From Candidatus Bilamarchaeaceae archaeon (lineage in GTDB: Archaea > Micrarchaeota > Micrarchaeia > Anstonellales > Bilamarchaeaceae), in the NCBI GenBank assembly GCA_038851325.1, contig JAWCKZ010000003.1, forward strand, positions 35,076 to 99,075: a DNA stretch of 64,000 nucleotides, given 5' to 3'. The position numbers and the translations under genes were made by a program. The notes under the pieces were generated by a model that searched no databases, was not told the DNA's origin, and saw only the letters and a program-made list of their open reading frames with translations. Within the stretch, counting starts at the first letter, position 1. The number at the start of each line of letters is the position of its first letter. Shown here in pieces: positions 40,431 to 48,953 of the stretch.

Positions 40431-41246
40431 CTACCTCTTTTCTATGGTGATGTACAGATATCCACCGATGATTATTATTACAATCGCTATTATTGGACCG
40501 CCATACTCCCCGCTTAGTGCCCTTGTCAGTACGCCAAATAAGGAAGAGAAAAAATTTGAGACTTCCTTTTCGAGTGTTTCCTCGACCTCAAAAACAACAG
40601 AAAATTTCACTAAGATCGTGTCGTACCATTCCAGGTTGCTTATCCTTGCTGGCAGTCTCGCATCTATTTGTTCCGGCATCGGATTGAGGTCTGTTATGAC
40701 TGCATTTTGGGGTACTTCTATTCGAAGATGCACATTTTCTTCTAGCAATATGTGGCCTAGTTGTGTTGTTGTGAATGAGAGCGCTTCTGGGTTTATTGTA
40801 TAACGTACTGTCCTTGGTTTATACTGCTCCACAATAAAAAGACCCGTTTTTGGAATCTTTGTACCATTTGTATCGTAAACTGGAGTAGCGACGTACTCTA
40901 TCACAAGCTCGCCATGGCATAATCCCTGGAACGGATTGCATTTTTTTCTTGGTTGCGGTTTTACACGCAAGTCCTTTATCTCAACCTTATTTGGGTTGAC
41001 ATGCTGTCTTATATGACTTATTCCTGTTTCTGACGACCAAAAAGCAAGATCGTTCATAGCAAAGCCACGGTCGTAAGCGTTTTGCGCATCCTCTCCTTTT
41101 ATTATAATCTTTATGCTTTCCGTTACCTTCGCACTTCCGTCTGGTTGAACATCATGGATAAAAACATCTACTTCGTTCAACATGAATTCAGCAGATGTCG
41201 TAGTTATCATTAGTAGCATTAAACCAAAAACAGATAGGAGTCTCAT
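40431..41246 (-). CDS. Secreted protein with C-terminal TM
   Basis: Signal peptide, 'PDGSAKVTE' strand motif, C-terminal hydrophobic helix. Confidence 0.75.
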   Translation of the reverse strand: MRLLSVFGLMLLMITTTSAEFMLNEVDVFIHDVQPDGSAKVTESIKIIIKGEDAQNAYDRGFAMNDLAFWSSETGISHIRQHVNPNKVEIKDLRVKPQPRKKCNPFQGLCHGELVIEYVATPVYDTNGTKIPKTGLFIVEQYKPRTVRYTINPEALSFTTTQLGHILLEENVHLRIEVPQNAVITDLNPMPEQIDARLPARISNLEWYDTILVKFSVVFEVEETLEKEVSNFFSSLFGVLTRALSGEYGGPIIAIVIIIIGGYLYITIEKR

Positions 41247-41314
41247 GTTTTTTTATCTGAGTACCATTTTTAATGTTTATCTGTTTTTGAGTTCGAGAAT
41301 CTGATTTAAGAGTG

Positions 41315-41507
41315 GCGTGTGTCACAAATTACTGTGTTTGCCCATAGGCGCTCGCTCCGTTTCACTGCATTCGCTTTTCCTTATTCTACTTCATGGGTAC
41401 GATTGTCTTGTGCTGACAGCAGTACCTGGCAGGAGTACTCACTTTTGGCCGCACGGTCTTGTTTGCAGTCTTATTCTGTATTCCAAGAGGCAATTTGCAA
41501 CAGGCTC
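41315..41507 (+). mobile_element. MITE-like repeat, copy 1
   Basis: Right end GCAATTTGCAACAGGCTC with degenerate inverted left end GTGTCACAAATTAC; homologous to 42996-43162 and 62781-62831. Confidence 0.65.
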
Positions 41508-41560
41508 GAACGGATGAAGCGAAACCTATTTATTTCTATTCGCAGTTATCAGAGCAAAAA

Positions 41561-42943
41561 ATGAAGAAGGGTGATATTTTGGCTGCTATAGATGATGTTC
41601 TGAAATACATCGCGACAAATGAGATAAAGTGGGTAGATTTTCACTTTTTCGGTATCACTGGCGTGCTGCACCGAACAACTGTTTCGAATCGAAAGGTTGA
41701 TGAGGATACATTCGGTCGCGGCATTCGAACTGCTGACCTAAGGAACGTTTTTGGCGAGTCCCCTCAAGGAGAACTCGTTCTCCTTCCGGATCCGGACACA
41801 CTTGCGAGGATACCATGGGAGCCTTCAACTGTTAGATTGATATCAGATATTATGGCGATGCCTGAGAAAGAAAGATTTCTAAAGGACTCCAGATATATCG
41901 CAGAGAGAATAATGACTAATCTCAACGCAGCCGGCATAAGCGAAGCAAAGGTTGGTGCTGAGATAGACTGCTATATATTCGATACAGTTACTATAGAAAA
42001 AACAGCCCCAGGACGCGGCACAGGTGCTATATTGGATTCTAGGGAGGCGAAATGGGGGCCATCACCGCTTACTTCGGAGAGAGGTTCGTATGTGAGTCAA
42101 CCGTTTGATTCTATGTACGCTGCAAGGTGTCAAATTGCAGAAACGCTGGAGGACAATTTCGGTGTTCTTGTTGATGGGCATTGGCATGGCGAATCCCCTA
42201 CTTCGCAACAGACATTTGAACTTGCTGAACGCGATGTTAAAACAGCAGCAGATGCGGTCTCAACGTTAAAATTTGTCACAAGGAACCTTTCAACTGCTGT
42301 GAATGTTTCCTCAACATTTCTTCCTTATCCTGTTGAGGGGGAAAGAGGAAATGACCTATATATCTCAATGAGCCTCTGGAAGAGTGCGGAGAACAACATT
42401 TTCTATGATGCTAATGAGAAGTACGCGCAGCTCAGCCAGACTGCGCGATACTTTATCGGTGGGCTTCTTGAGCACGCAAGGGCACTAGCGGTTTTCACAG
42501 CTCCGTTGCCGAACTCGTATAAGCGGCTTGCGGTTTGCAGCTTTGTTTCTGGTTGGAGCACAAAGAGAGGAGGCGCACTTGTCTACATTCCATATAGCAG
42601 AAAAAATGCAAAGGAAAGTGCGCGTGTCGTGTATAAGGGCGCAGATCCTGCTGTCAATCCGTATCTTGCATACGCCGCAGTTCTTGCGGCAGGTCTTGAT
42701 GGTATAAAGAATAAGATAGAACCAGGCGACCCTGTAGAAGAGGAGACGAAAAAGAGGAAGGAGATCTCACTCCCAGACAGCCTCTATGAGGCGATTGTTG
42801 CGCTGGAGAGCGACACAAGATTCATAAAGGGCGTTGTTCCGCCAGAGTTCCTTGAGAGCTATCTGGATAAGAAGCTCAGGCAGTACAAGGAAGATAAAGC
42901 AGCGGTCACGATGAACGATCATAGAAAATACTTCAACGTCTGA
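41561..42943 (+). CDS. Glutamine synthetase type I homolog, probably catalytically inactive
   Basis: LLPDPDT, YFIGGLLEHA, NSYKRL, DPAVNPYLA, AAGLDGIKNKIEPG retained; most metal and catalytic residues substituted; alternative TTG start at 41579. Confidence 0.88.
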   Translation: MKKGDILAAIDDVLKYIATNEIKWVDFHFFGITGVLHRTTVSNRKVDEDTFGRGIRTADLRNVFGESPQGELVLLPDPDTLARIPWEPSTVRLISDIMAMPEKERFLKDSRYIAERIMTNLNAAGISEAKVGAEIDCYIFDTVTIEKTAPGRGTGAILDSREAKWGPSPLTSERGSYVSQPFDSMYAARCQIAETLEDNFGVLVDGHWHGESPTSQQTFELAERDVKTAADAVSTLKFVTRNLSTAVNVSSTFLPYPVEGERGNDLYISMSLWKSAENNIFYDANEKYAQLSQTARYFIGGLLEHARALAVFTAPLPNSYKRLAVCSFVSGWSTKRGGALVYIPYSRKNAKESARVVYKGADPAVNPYLAYAAVLAAGLDGIKNKIEPGDPVEEETKKRKEISLPDSLYEAIVALESDTRFIKGVVPPEFLESYLDKKLRQYKEDKAAVTMNDHRKYFNV

Positions 42944-42980
42944 TTTTTGTTTTTATAGCTTTTCTTCTTTTATTTTTTTA
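42944..42980 (+). terminator. Oligo-T tract, archaeal-type terminator
   Basis: TTTTTGTTTTTATAGCTTTTCTTCTTTTATTTTTTT immediately after the GS-like stop. Confidence 0.55.
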
Positions 42981-42995
42981 CCGACATCAAACCAT

Positions 42996-43162
42996 AATTA
43001 CCATGTTTACTTATGGGCGCTCGTCACGCAGCAAGGCGGCTACCCGCTTTCCTTTCTTCCTTTCTTATAGAATACTAATATGGTTTTCTTAAGGTTAAGC
43101 GAGTGCTCCCTTCGGTCGCACAGTCTTGCTCTGTATTCCACGAGATAATTTGCAACAGGCCC
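42996..43162 (+). mobile_element. MITE-like repeat, copy 2
   Basis: AATTACCATGTTTACTTATGGGCGCTCGTCACG ... GTCTTGCTCTGTATTCCACGAGATAATTTGCAACAGGCC aligns with copy 1. Confidence 0.65.
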
Positions 43163-43212
43163 GCATACTGTTATCACTAAGAATTTTAAAGCATTCCTAC
43201 AAAAATATACTT

Positions 43213-44742
43213 ATGCGCACTCGTGCTAAAGACGGAAGGGCGGACCATATGCCCGAAAACAATATTGCTCCTTGGCAGAGATGCCTTAAAACTGCCGACG
43301 AGTTATATAAGGAAGAAAAATTCTCGGAAATTATCAAACTGTATAATGACGCACCACCTGATGTGGCAAAGCACCCAAAAAGTAAGCTGATCCAGCTTGA
43401 AGCATTGCGTAAAATGAAGAGGTACGACGAAGTAATCGAAATGGCTGATGATTTTATCGATCGCTATAGCGATCCTTCCAATAAAAATCAGAAAGATTAC
43501 GAAAATGTCATACGCGCAAAAGCAATAAAAGGATTTGCATTGAAAGACAGTGGCAAGACCGCGGAAGCATCCTTACTATTCTACGAGCTGATGGAGGAGT
43601 ATATGCGTGGCGTACACCGTGCGCGCATTCTTTGCGGTTACACCTTTTCAACACCTGGTTTTTCCCCAGACACGGCGGCGGGAGTTATAGAAGAGTTGGA
43701 GGGCCTATTAGAAATGGCAAGGGGCGAAGGAATTAGAAGGGATATCAAAAATGCACTTGAGCGACTATATTATATCAATTCCAGACGCACAAGTATTGCA
43801 GCAGATGTGAAGAATTGCTTAAACAATGGAAAATGGGTGAATATTATTAAGCTACTAACAGACGATAGCACTATGCAGGATACCGCATTTGCAGTCATGA
43901 ATGCTGCTATGGAAGGACAAAATATAGAACCGCTCGTTCAAACACTGAAGAACACGAAGAAGGAGTATCCTCGAAGGTATGTCGATATAGACTACTTGAA
44001 TGAAGAGTGTCAGTATGCAACATACAGCGTTGGAATCGCTACAAGCGCTGAGAGCCTCACTAGAGAATACGCAATAAAGGCACTGACGTACTACTATCTA
44101 AACACGGAACAGTATAAGGAGGTTGTATGTCTTTTAAAGGAAGGGGACTCTAACACACCTCCTTCGTCGTATCCAATGTCGGATTTTGTAGATGATACCG
44201 ATGATAAGGAGTATGTATTGGAAGTAATCAGAGAAACCATTAACAGGTTAGAAGAGGTATTAGACACAGCTGAACGCTACTACCACTTGCCATGGAGGAC
44301 GTGCGAGGAGGGCTATAGAAAAGTGGCTGAACTGTATAGAAAGGCGGGTGATTGTGTTGCTGTCGAAAGATGTTTGAAAAGGGCAGAGAACATACAGTGT
44401 AGGATTAACGCCAGGTATCTCCACGAAGCGAATGTGCTAGAGTTGGAAGCAGACAATTTGTGTCCATGTGACCAGCGTAGAGATCGTTTCAAAAAAGCGG
44501 CAGAGTTGTATAGAAAGGCGGGTTGGGAGGAGGATGCCAGAAGATGCCTGCAAAAAGCAGCAATGGAGGAGACGAAGTGCGAAGAAGGCTTAAGCGACGC
44601 GGTAGCGAAAAAAAAGAATGCGTTGAAGCCGGAAAATTTAGAACCAGAAGATAACAACTACCTTGTGGCGGAATTTCGTAAATTTTTTGAAGAAAAAAGT
44701 AGTAGAATAGATTACATTTGCAGTGCCATCAATGATGATTGA
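43213..44742 (+). CDS. TPR/HEAT-like alpha-solenoid hypothetical protein
   Basis: Helical repeats; duplicated AELYRKAG...RCL motif near the C-terminus. Confidence 0.7.
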   Translation: MRTRAKDGRADHMPENNIAPWQRCLKTADELYKEEKFSEIIKLYNDAPPDVAKHPKSKLIQLEALRKMKRYDEVIEMADDFIDRYSDPSNKNQKDYENVIRAKAIKGFALKDSGKTAEASLLFYELMEEYMRGVHRARILCGYTFSTPGFSPDTAAGVIEELEGLLEMARGEGIRRDIKNALERLYYINSRRTSIAADVKNCLNNGKWVNIIKLLTDDSTMQDTAFAVMNAAMEGQNIEPLVQTLKNTKKEYPRRYVDIDYLNEECQYATYSVGIATSAESLTREYAIKALTYYYLNTEQYKEVVCLLKEGDSNTPPSSYPMSDFVDDTDDKEYVLEVIRETINRLEEVLDTAERYYHLPWRTCEEGYRKVAELYRKAGDCVAVERCLKRAENIQCRINARYLHEANVLELEADNLCPCDQRRDRFKKAAELYRKAGWEEDARRCLQKAAMEETKCEEGLSDAVAKKKNALKPENLEPEDNNYLVAEFRKFFEEKSSRIDYICSAINDD

Positions 44743-44750
44743 AAATGTTC

Positions 44751-45230
44751 CTATCTCTTTTTTATTTCTTCTATCTCGCGTTTAACTTCATGCCTTTCCC
44801 AGGGGTAGACAAGCCATGCAGTCGTAACGCCGATGAAATAATCGGGCTTCAGGATCGAATGCGGCTTAAAATGAAGGGTTGCAATTTTTACCTCCTTTGC
44901 GCCTTTTCTCAAAATATATTCGCGTGCAGCAACTAAACTTTTGCCGGTGTCTGAAACATCGTCAACGATGAGCACCTTCTTTCCCTTTACATCAAGCGGC
45001 ATTTCGTGCGTTATTTCAGGAAAATCCTTCGTCTCACCGATTTTTTTGTAAAACTGGACGCCAAGGACGCCAACCTTGCTTGTGCCAAGAACATCTGCGA
45101 GAATCCGTACGGGGACAAGCCCGCCCCGGGAAACTCCTACAAGAACATCAGGTTTGTAATCAGCGACCATCTCAGCAAGCCGCTCGCTCATCCGAGTTGC
45201 TTCTTCCCAAGATATCCACTTTAGCTTCAT
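44751..45230 (-). CDS. Purine phosphoribosyltransferase (type I PRT)
   Basis: VSRGGLVP, VLIVDDVSDTG, WLVYPWE. Confidence 0.92.
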   Translation of the reverse strand: MKLKWISWEEATRMSERLAEMVADYKPDVLVGVSRGGLVPVRILADVLGTSKVGVLGVQFYKKIGETKDFPEITHEMPLDVKGKKVLIVDDVSDTGKSLVAAREYILRKGAKEVKIATLHFKPHSILKPDYFIGVTTAWLVYPWERHEVKREIEEIKKR

Positions 45231-45404
45231 AAATGATAAGTTATATGTAATCAATAAAAAACTGAGTTTGCGTCAGTTTCAATTTTTTCTGGTCCGTTTT
45301 AGACTGCCCAGTAATTAATTAAAAAATGTAGGTTCGAGAAGCGATGGATCAATTATGACGACCAAAGATACCGCCTCCCGGGCCTATAATGGATTAGAGG
45401 ACCT

Positions 45405-45432
45405 TAAAGTAAATAAACTAAAGTAAATAAAC
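45405..45432 (+). repeat. 14-bp tandem duplication TAAAGTAAATAAAC x2
   Basis: Perfect direct tandem repeat in the PRT/psmB divergent intergenic region. Confidence 0.8.
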
Positions 45433-45559
45433 TTTCGCTTGAGAAGGCCGAGCGCAAACTTATCATTAAGCTGAAGAACAATGTCCGTTTTCCCCTAAGT
45501 AAGAGTTTATAAATGTTATTATATACAATTCTTCTATCTTCTTCTCCCAGCGTGGTTTT

Positions 45560-46192
45560 ATGGACGAAGGCACTAAGAATGATATCGTTGCGCGAAAGAC
45601 CGGAACTACGACCGTTGGATTAGTATCAAAGAATGGAGTTGTGCTCGCATCCGACAGGAGAGCTACCATGGGTTATTTCATAGCAAGCAAAGACATAGAC
45701 AAGATCTACCCAATATCAGACACCATAGGAATGACAATTGCAGGTAGCGTTGGTGATGCTCAAACACTCGTTCGGTGGATGAAGGCAGAACTTAAAATAT
45801 ATGAACTTAGGAACGGGAAGAAACCTTCTGTGGAGACGGCAGCCACACTGCTTGCAAATATTCTTGCTCAATATAAGTTTTATCCATTCTTTGTCCAACT
45901 GCTTGTTGGTGGTGTGGACGAAGAACCAAGACTTTTCAGCGTTGATATGTTGGGTGGTGTTACAAAAGAGGTCATGGCATCAACAGGAAGCGGCTCTCCG
46001 ATTGCGCTTGGTGTTTTGGAAGACAGATATTCTGAAGAGAAAGAGGTGGAGGAAAACATGAAGCTTGCTGTCAAAGCAGTTAATGCAGCGATAAAACGCG
46101 ATGCAGGAAGCGGAGAGCGCATAGATTTGGTCGTAATAACAAAAGAAGGTTTTAAAAGAATCCCAAAGGAAGAAATCAAGAAAATGTTATGA
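45560..46192 (+). CDS. psmB: Proteasome subunit beta
   Basis: Propeptide ending KTG|TTTVG, DRRAT, GSVGDAQ, GSGS. Confidence 0.97.
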   Translation: MDEGTKNDIVARKTGTTTVGLVSKNGVVLASDRRATMGYFIASKDIDKIYPISDTIGMTIAGSVGDAQTLVRWMKAELKIYELRNGKKPSVETAATLLANILAQYKFYPFFVQLLVGGVDEEPRLFSVDMLGGVTKEVMASTGSGSPIALGVLEDRYSEEKEVEENMKLAVKAVNAAIKRDAGSGERIDLVVITKEGFKRIPKEEIKKML

Positions 46193-46231
46193 TTTCTTTT
46201 TGTTTTGATTTCTTCCTACTAAAGTAGGAAG

Positions 46232-48136
46232 GTGTTTTTTTTGCATTACAAAGACATTATTAAGAAAATTACAGAAGTGATGCCTAGCGAGTGCAAGGTG
46301 ACAAAGGCAGAGCCAGAGGGCTTGGCTATTGTAATCTACATAAGTGACGTGGCTGCATTCTACAAAAACACCTCTCTAATAAAAGAGATAGCAAGCGCAG
46401 TAAAAAAGAAAGTGCTGATTCGTGTAGATCCGAAATATCTTATGCCTATTGATGCTGCTAAGCAGGAGATAGAAAAACTTATCCCAGCAGATGCTGGCGT
46501 TAAGAGGATATCATTTGTGCCCGAAATGTCGGAAGTTAGAATAGAGGCTATAAAATCTGGTCTTGTTATAGGCAAGGGCGGAACGCTTCTAAAGGAGATA
46601 ATGATGAGGACGGGCTGGGCGCCCATTGTGCTCCGTGCACCAACTATGCCTTCTGTGACTCTAGAAGGAGTCAGGAAGATTAATGCGGCAGGGGCTGAGG
46701 AAAGAAAGAAATTCCTTGTAGACCTTGGTAAGAAGATATGTCAACCGCTACCATCTAGCGAATGGATAAGGGCAGTTCCTCTGGGTGGTTTTAATGAGGT
46801 TGGCCGCTCCTGTCTTCTTGTCCAGACCCAACATAGCAAAGTCCTTATAGATGTCGGTGTAAACACAGCTACCTCTGATCCTTCCAAGGCATATCCCTAT
46901 CTTAATATGCTCGGTTTCTCCTTAAATGAACTGGATGCAGTTGTTGTGACGCACGCTCACATGGACCATATGGGTTTCTTACCATACCTCTATGCCTATG
47001 GTTATACCGGTCCAGTTTACTGCACTGCTCCAACACGCGATATCATGGTTCTTCTTCAACAAGATTACATAAATCTCTGCAAGAAATCGTTTGGTGTAGA
47101 AGCTCCTTACTCAAAAAAAGACATACAGGAGGAACTAAAGAGAACTATCACAGTTGATTACGGTGAAGTGGTTGATATCACACCAGAGATAAAGATGACG
47201 CTTTATAACGCAGGTCATATAATCGGAAGCGCTTCTGTCCACCTTCATATAGGTGAGGGTGCTCACAACCTTGTCTACACAGGAGATATAAAATTTGGTT
47301 TCACAAAGTTGTTTGAGCCAGCAAACACAAAGTTTCCGCGCCTTGAGACCCTCTTTATAGAGAGCACGTACGGTGGGAGAAACGATGTGGCGATAAATAG
47401 ATTTGAGAGCGAAAATAAATTAATGGAGATAATTACGCAAACGATTGAGAAAGGCGGAAAGGTTCTCATTCCGGTATTTGCGGTTGGGAGAAGCCAAGAG
47501 ATCCTCCTTGTTCTTGAGGATTACGCTCAACACCATCCAGAATTTAATGCCCCGATATATATCGATGGCATGATACTTGAGGCATCAGCGATACATACAG
47601 CATATCCTGAGTTCATGAGAGCGCAGGTACAGCGTAGGATTTTGTCAGACAGGAGTCCGTTTGAATCTCCCCTGATAAAGGTGGCTAAAAGTACAGATCG
47701 TGAGACCATTGTTGGCGGAGAGCCGGCGATAATCTTAGCCCCATCTGGCATGCTTTCCGGAGGACCTTCGCTCGAGTATCTTAAGATGATGGCAGATGAT
47801 GAGAAAAATACCCTTATCTTTGTTGGCTATCAAAGCGCACTTTCGCTTGGAAGCAAGATACAAAACGGTCTGAAAGAGGTTCCCATCCTTGGGGACGATG
47901 GCCGAACAAAAATGCTGAATATAAGAATGCGTGTTGAGACAGCTGAAGGCTTTTCAGGGCACAGCGATAGGGCCCAACTTGTGGCTTATTTAAAGAATCT
48001 GCGACCAACACCAGAACGTATCATAACAATGCATGGTGACTCTGGCAAGACAGCAGAGTTCGCGCACTCCGCAGGCGCTATACTGAGAAAAGAGGCACGA
48101 GCTATGGCGAATCTGGAATCTGTGAGGTTGCGATGA
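46232..48136 (+). CDS. Beta-CASP ribonuclease aCPSF1 (FttA) with N-terminal KH domains
   Basis: VIGKGG KH motif, EVGRSC, THAHMDH, AGHIIG, FSGHSD; follows psmB as is typical. Confidence 0.95.
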   Translation: MFFLHYKDIIKKITEVMPSECKVTKAEPEGLAIVIYISDVAAFYKNTSLIKEIASAVKKKVLIRVDPKYLMPIDAAKQEIEKLIPADAGVKRISFVPEMSEVRIEAIKSGLVIGKGGTLLKEIMMRTGWAPIVLRAPTMPSVTLEGVRKINAAGAEERKKFLVDLGKKICQPLPSSEWIRAVPLGGFNEVGRSCLLVQTQHSKVLIDVGVNTATSDPSKAYPYLNMLGFSLNELDAVVVTHAHMDHMGFLPYLYAYGYTGPVYCTAPTRDIMVLLQQDYINLCKKSFGVEAPYSKKDIQEELKRTITVDYGEVVDITPEIKMTLYNAGHIIGSASVHLHIGEGAHNLVYTGDIKFGFTKLFEPANTKFPRLETLFIESTYGGRNDVAINRFESENKLMEIITQTIEKGGKVLIPVFAVGRSQEILLVLEDYAQHHPEFNAPIYIDGMILEASAIHTAYPEFMRAQVQRRILSDRSPFESPLIKVAKSTDRETIVGGEPAIILAPSGMLSGGPSLEYLKMMADDEKNTLIFVGYQSALSLGSKIQNGLKEVPILGDDGRTKMLNIRMRVETAEGFSGHSDRAQLVAYLKNLRPTPERIITMHGDSGKTAEFAHSAGAILRKEARAMANLESVRLR

Positions 48137-48137
48137 T

Positions 48138-48434
48138 ATGAACAGACTTTTTTTAAGGCAAAAACCGTGCAAGGTGCTCGTAATCCTAAAGGAGAGCCAG
48201 ACGCCAAGATATATATCAGCGCTTGCGAAGGAAAGCGGAGCAACCTACGTTCATACCACAAAACTTCTTCGTAAGCTTGAGACTTTTAACATCGTTACAT
48301 TTGAGAAAAGTGGAAAAAAGAAGATGGTTAAACTGACGGAGAGTGGGATGAGGATAGCAACTCTTCTCTCTGAACTTATGCTCCAATTAGCCGAAAAGGC
48401 GAAGAGCGTTTCTCATCAACCGCAACAGTCATAA
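48138..48434 (+). CDS. Winged-helix DNA-binding protein
   Basis: YISALAKESGATYVHTTKLL..., GKKKMVKLTESG. Confidence 0.85.
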   Translation: MNRLFLRQKPCKVLVILKESQTPRYISALAKESGATYVHTTKLLRKLETFNIVTFEKSGKKKMVKLTESGMRIATLLSELMLQLAEKAKSVSHQPQQS

Positions 48435-48437
48435 AAA

Positions 48438-48884
48438 CTAAACTGCCCTGAATTTTGTCTTCGTTTTTGTGTATGTCAGAACCTTGTCGTAGCCTATATA
48501 GTGCGCATATGCTGTAACAGCTACTTCGTATTCTCCAGGTTTTGTTTGGCTGCTTCCCCAAATTGGAATGCTCACGCTGGCACTTTCGCCAGCCCTTATC
48601 TCTCCAAGCCTTTTTTCTATAGATTTGTTGATGCAGGATTGTTCAAAACCCAGCACAGCATTTTGCGGCAGGAGAACATCCACAGAAACTAATTGTGGCT
48701 CTGATGTCAAATTTTTCACATTGATGTTCAATGAAATAGAGTTACTCCTGTTAGCCTCGAGCCGTAGGGGCGTAAATGATAGAGAAATGTTGAATGGTTT
48801 CGCAAGTATCTTTCCACTCACCTTGCTCTCCTCTTCTTTCTTTCCTTCACCGATGAGCCAGTCCAAGAGTCCCATAGACACCAC
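48438..48884 (-). CDS. Hypothetical Ig-like/beta-sandwich protein
   Basis: Amphipathic N-terminus MGLLDWLIG, beta-rich body, KPGEYEV. Confidence 0.65.
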   Translation of the reverse strand: MVSMGLLDWLIGEGKKEEESKVSGKILAKPFNISLSFTPLRLEANRSNSISLNINVKNLTSEPQLVSVDVLLPQNAVLGFEQSCINKSIEKRLGEIRAGESASVSIPIWGSSQTKPGEYEVAVTAYAHYIGYDKVLTYTKTKTKFRAV

Positions 48885-48953
48885 TATCTTTGTTCATTTT
48901 TGTAACATCTACTTTCTAACAAAATAAAAATATTTCTTTTTTAATTTATTCCT

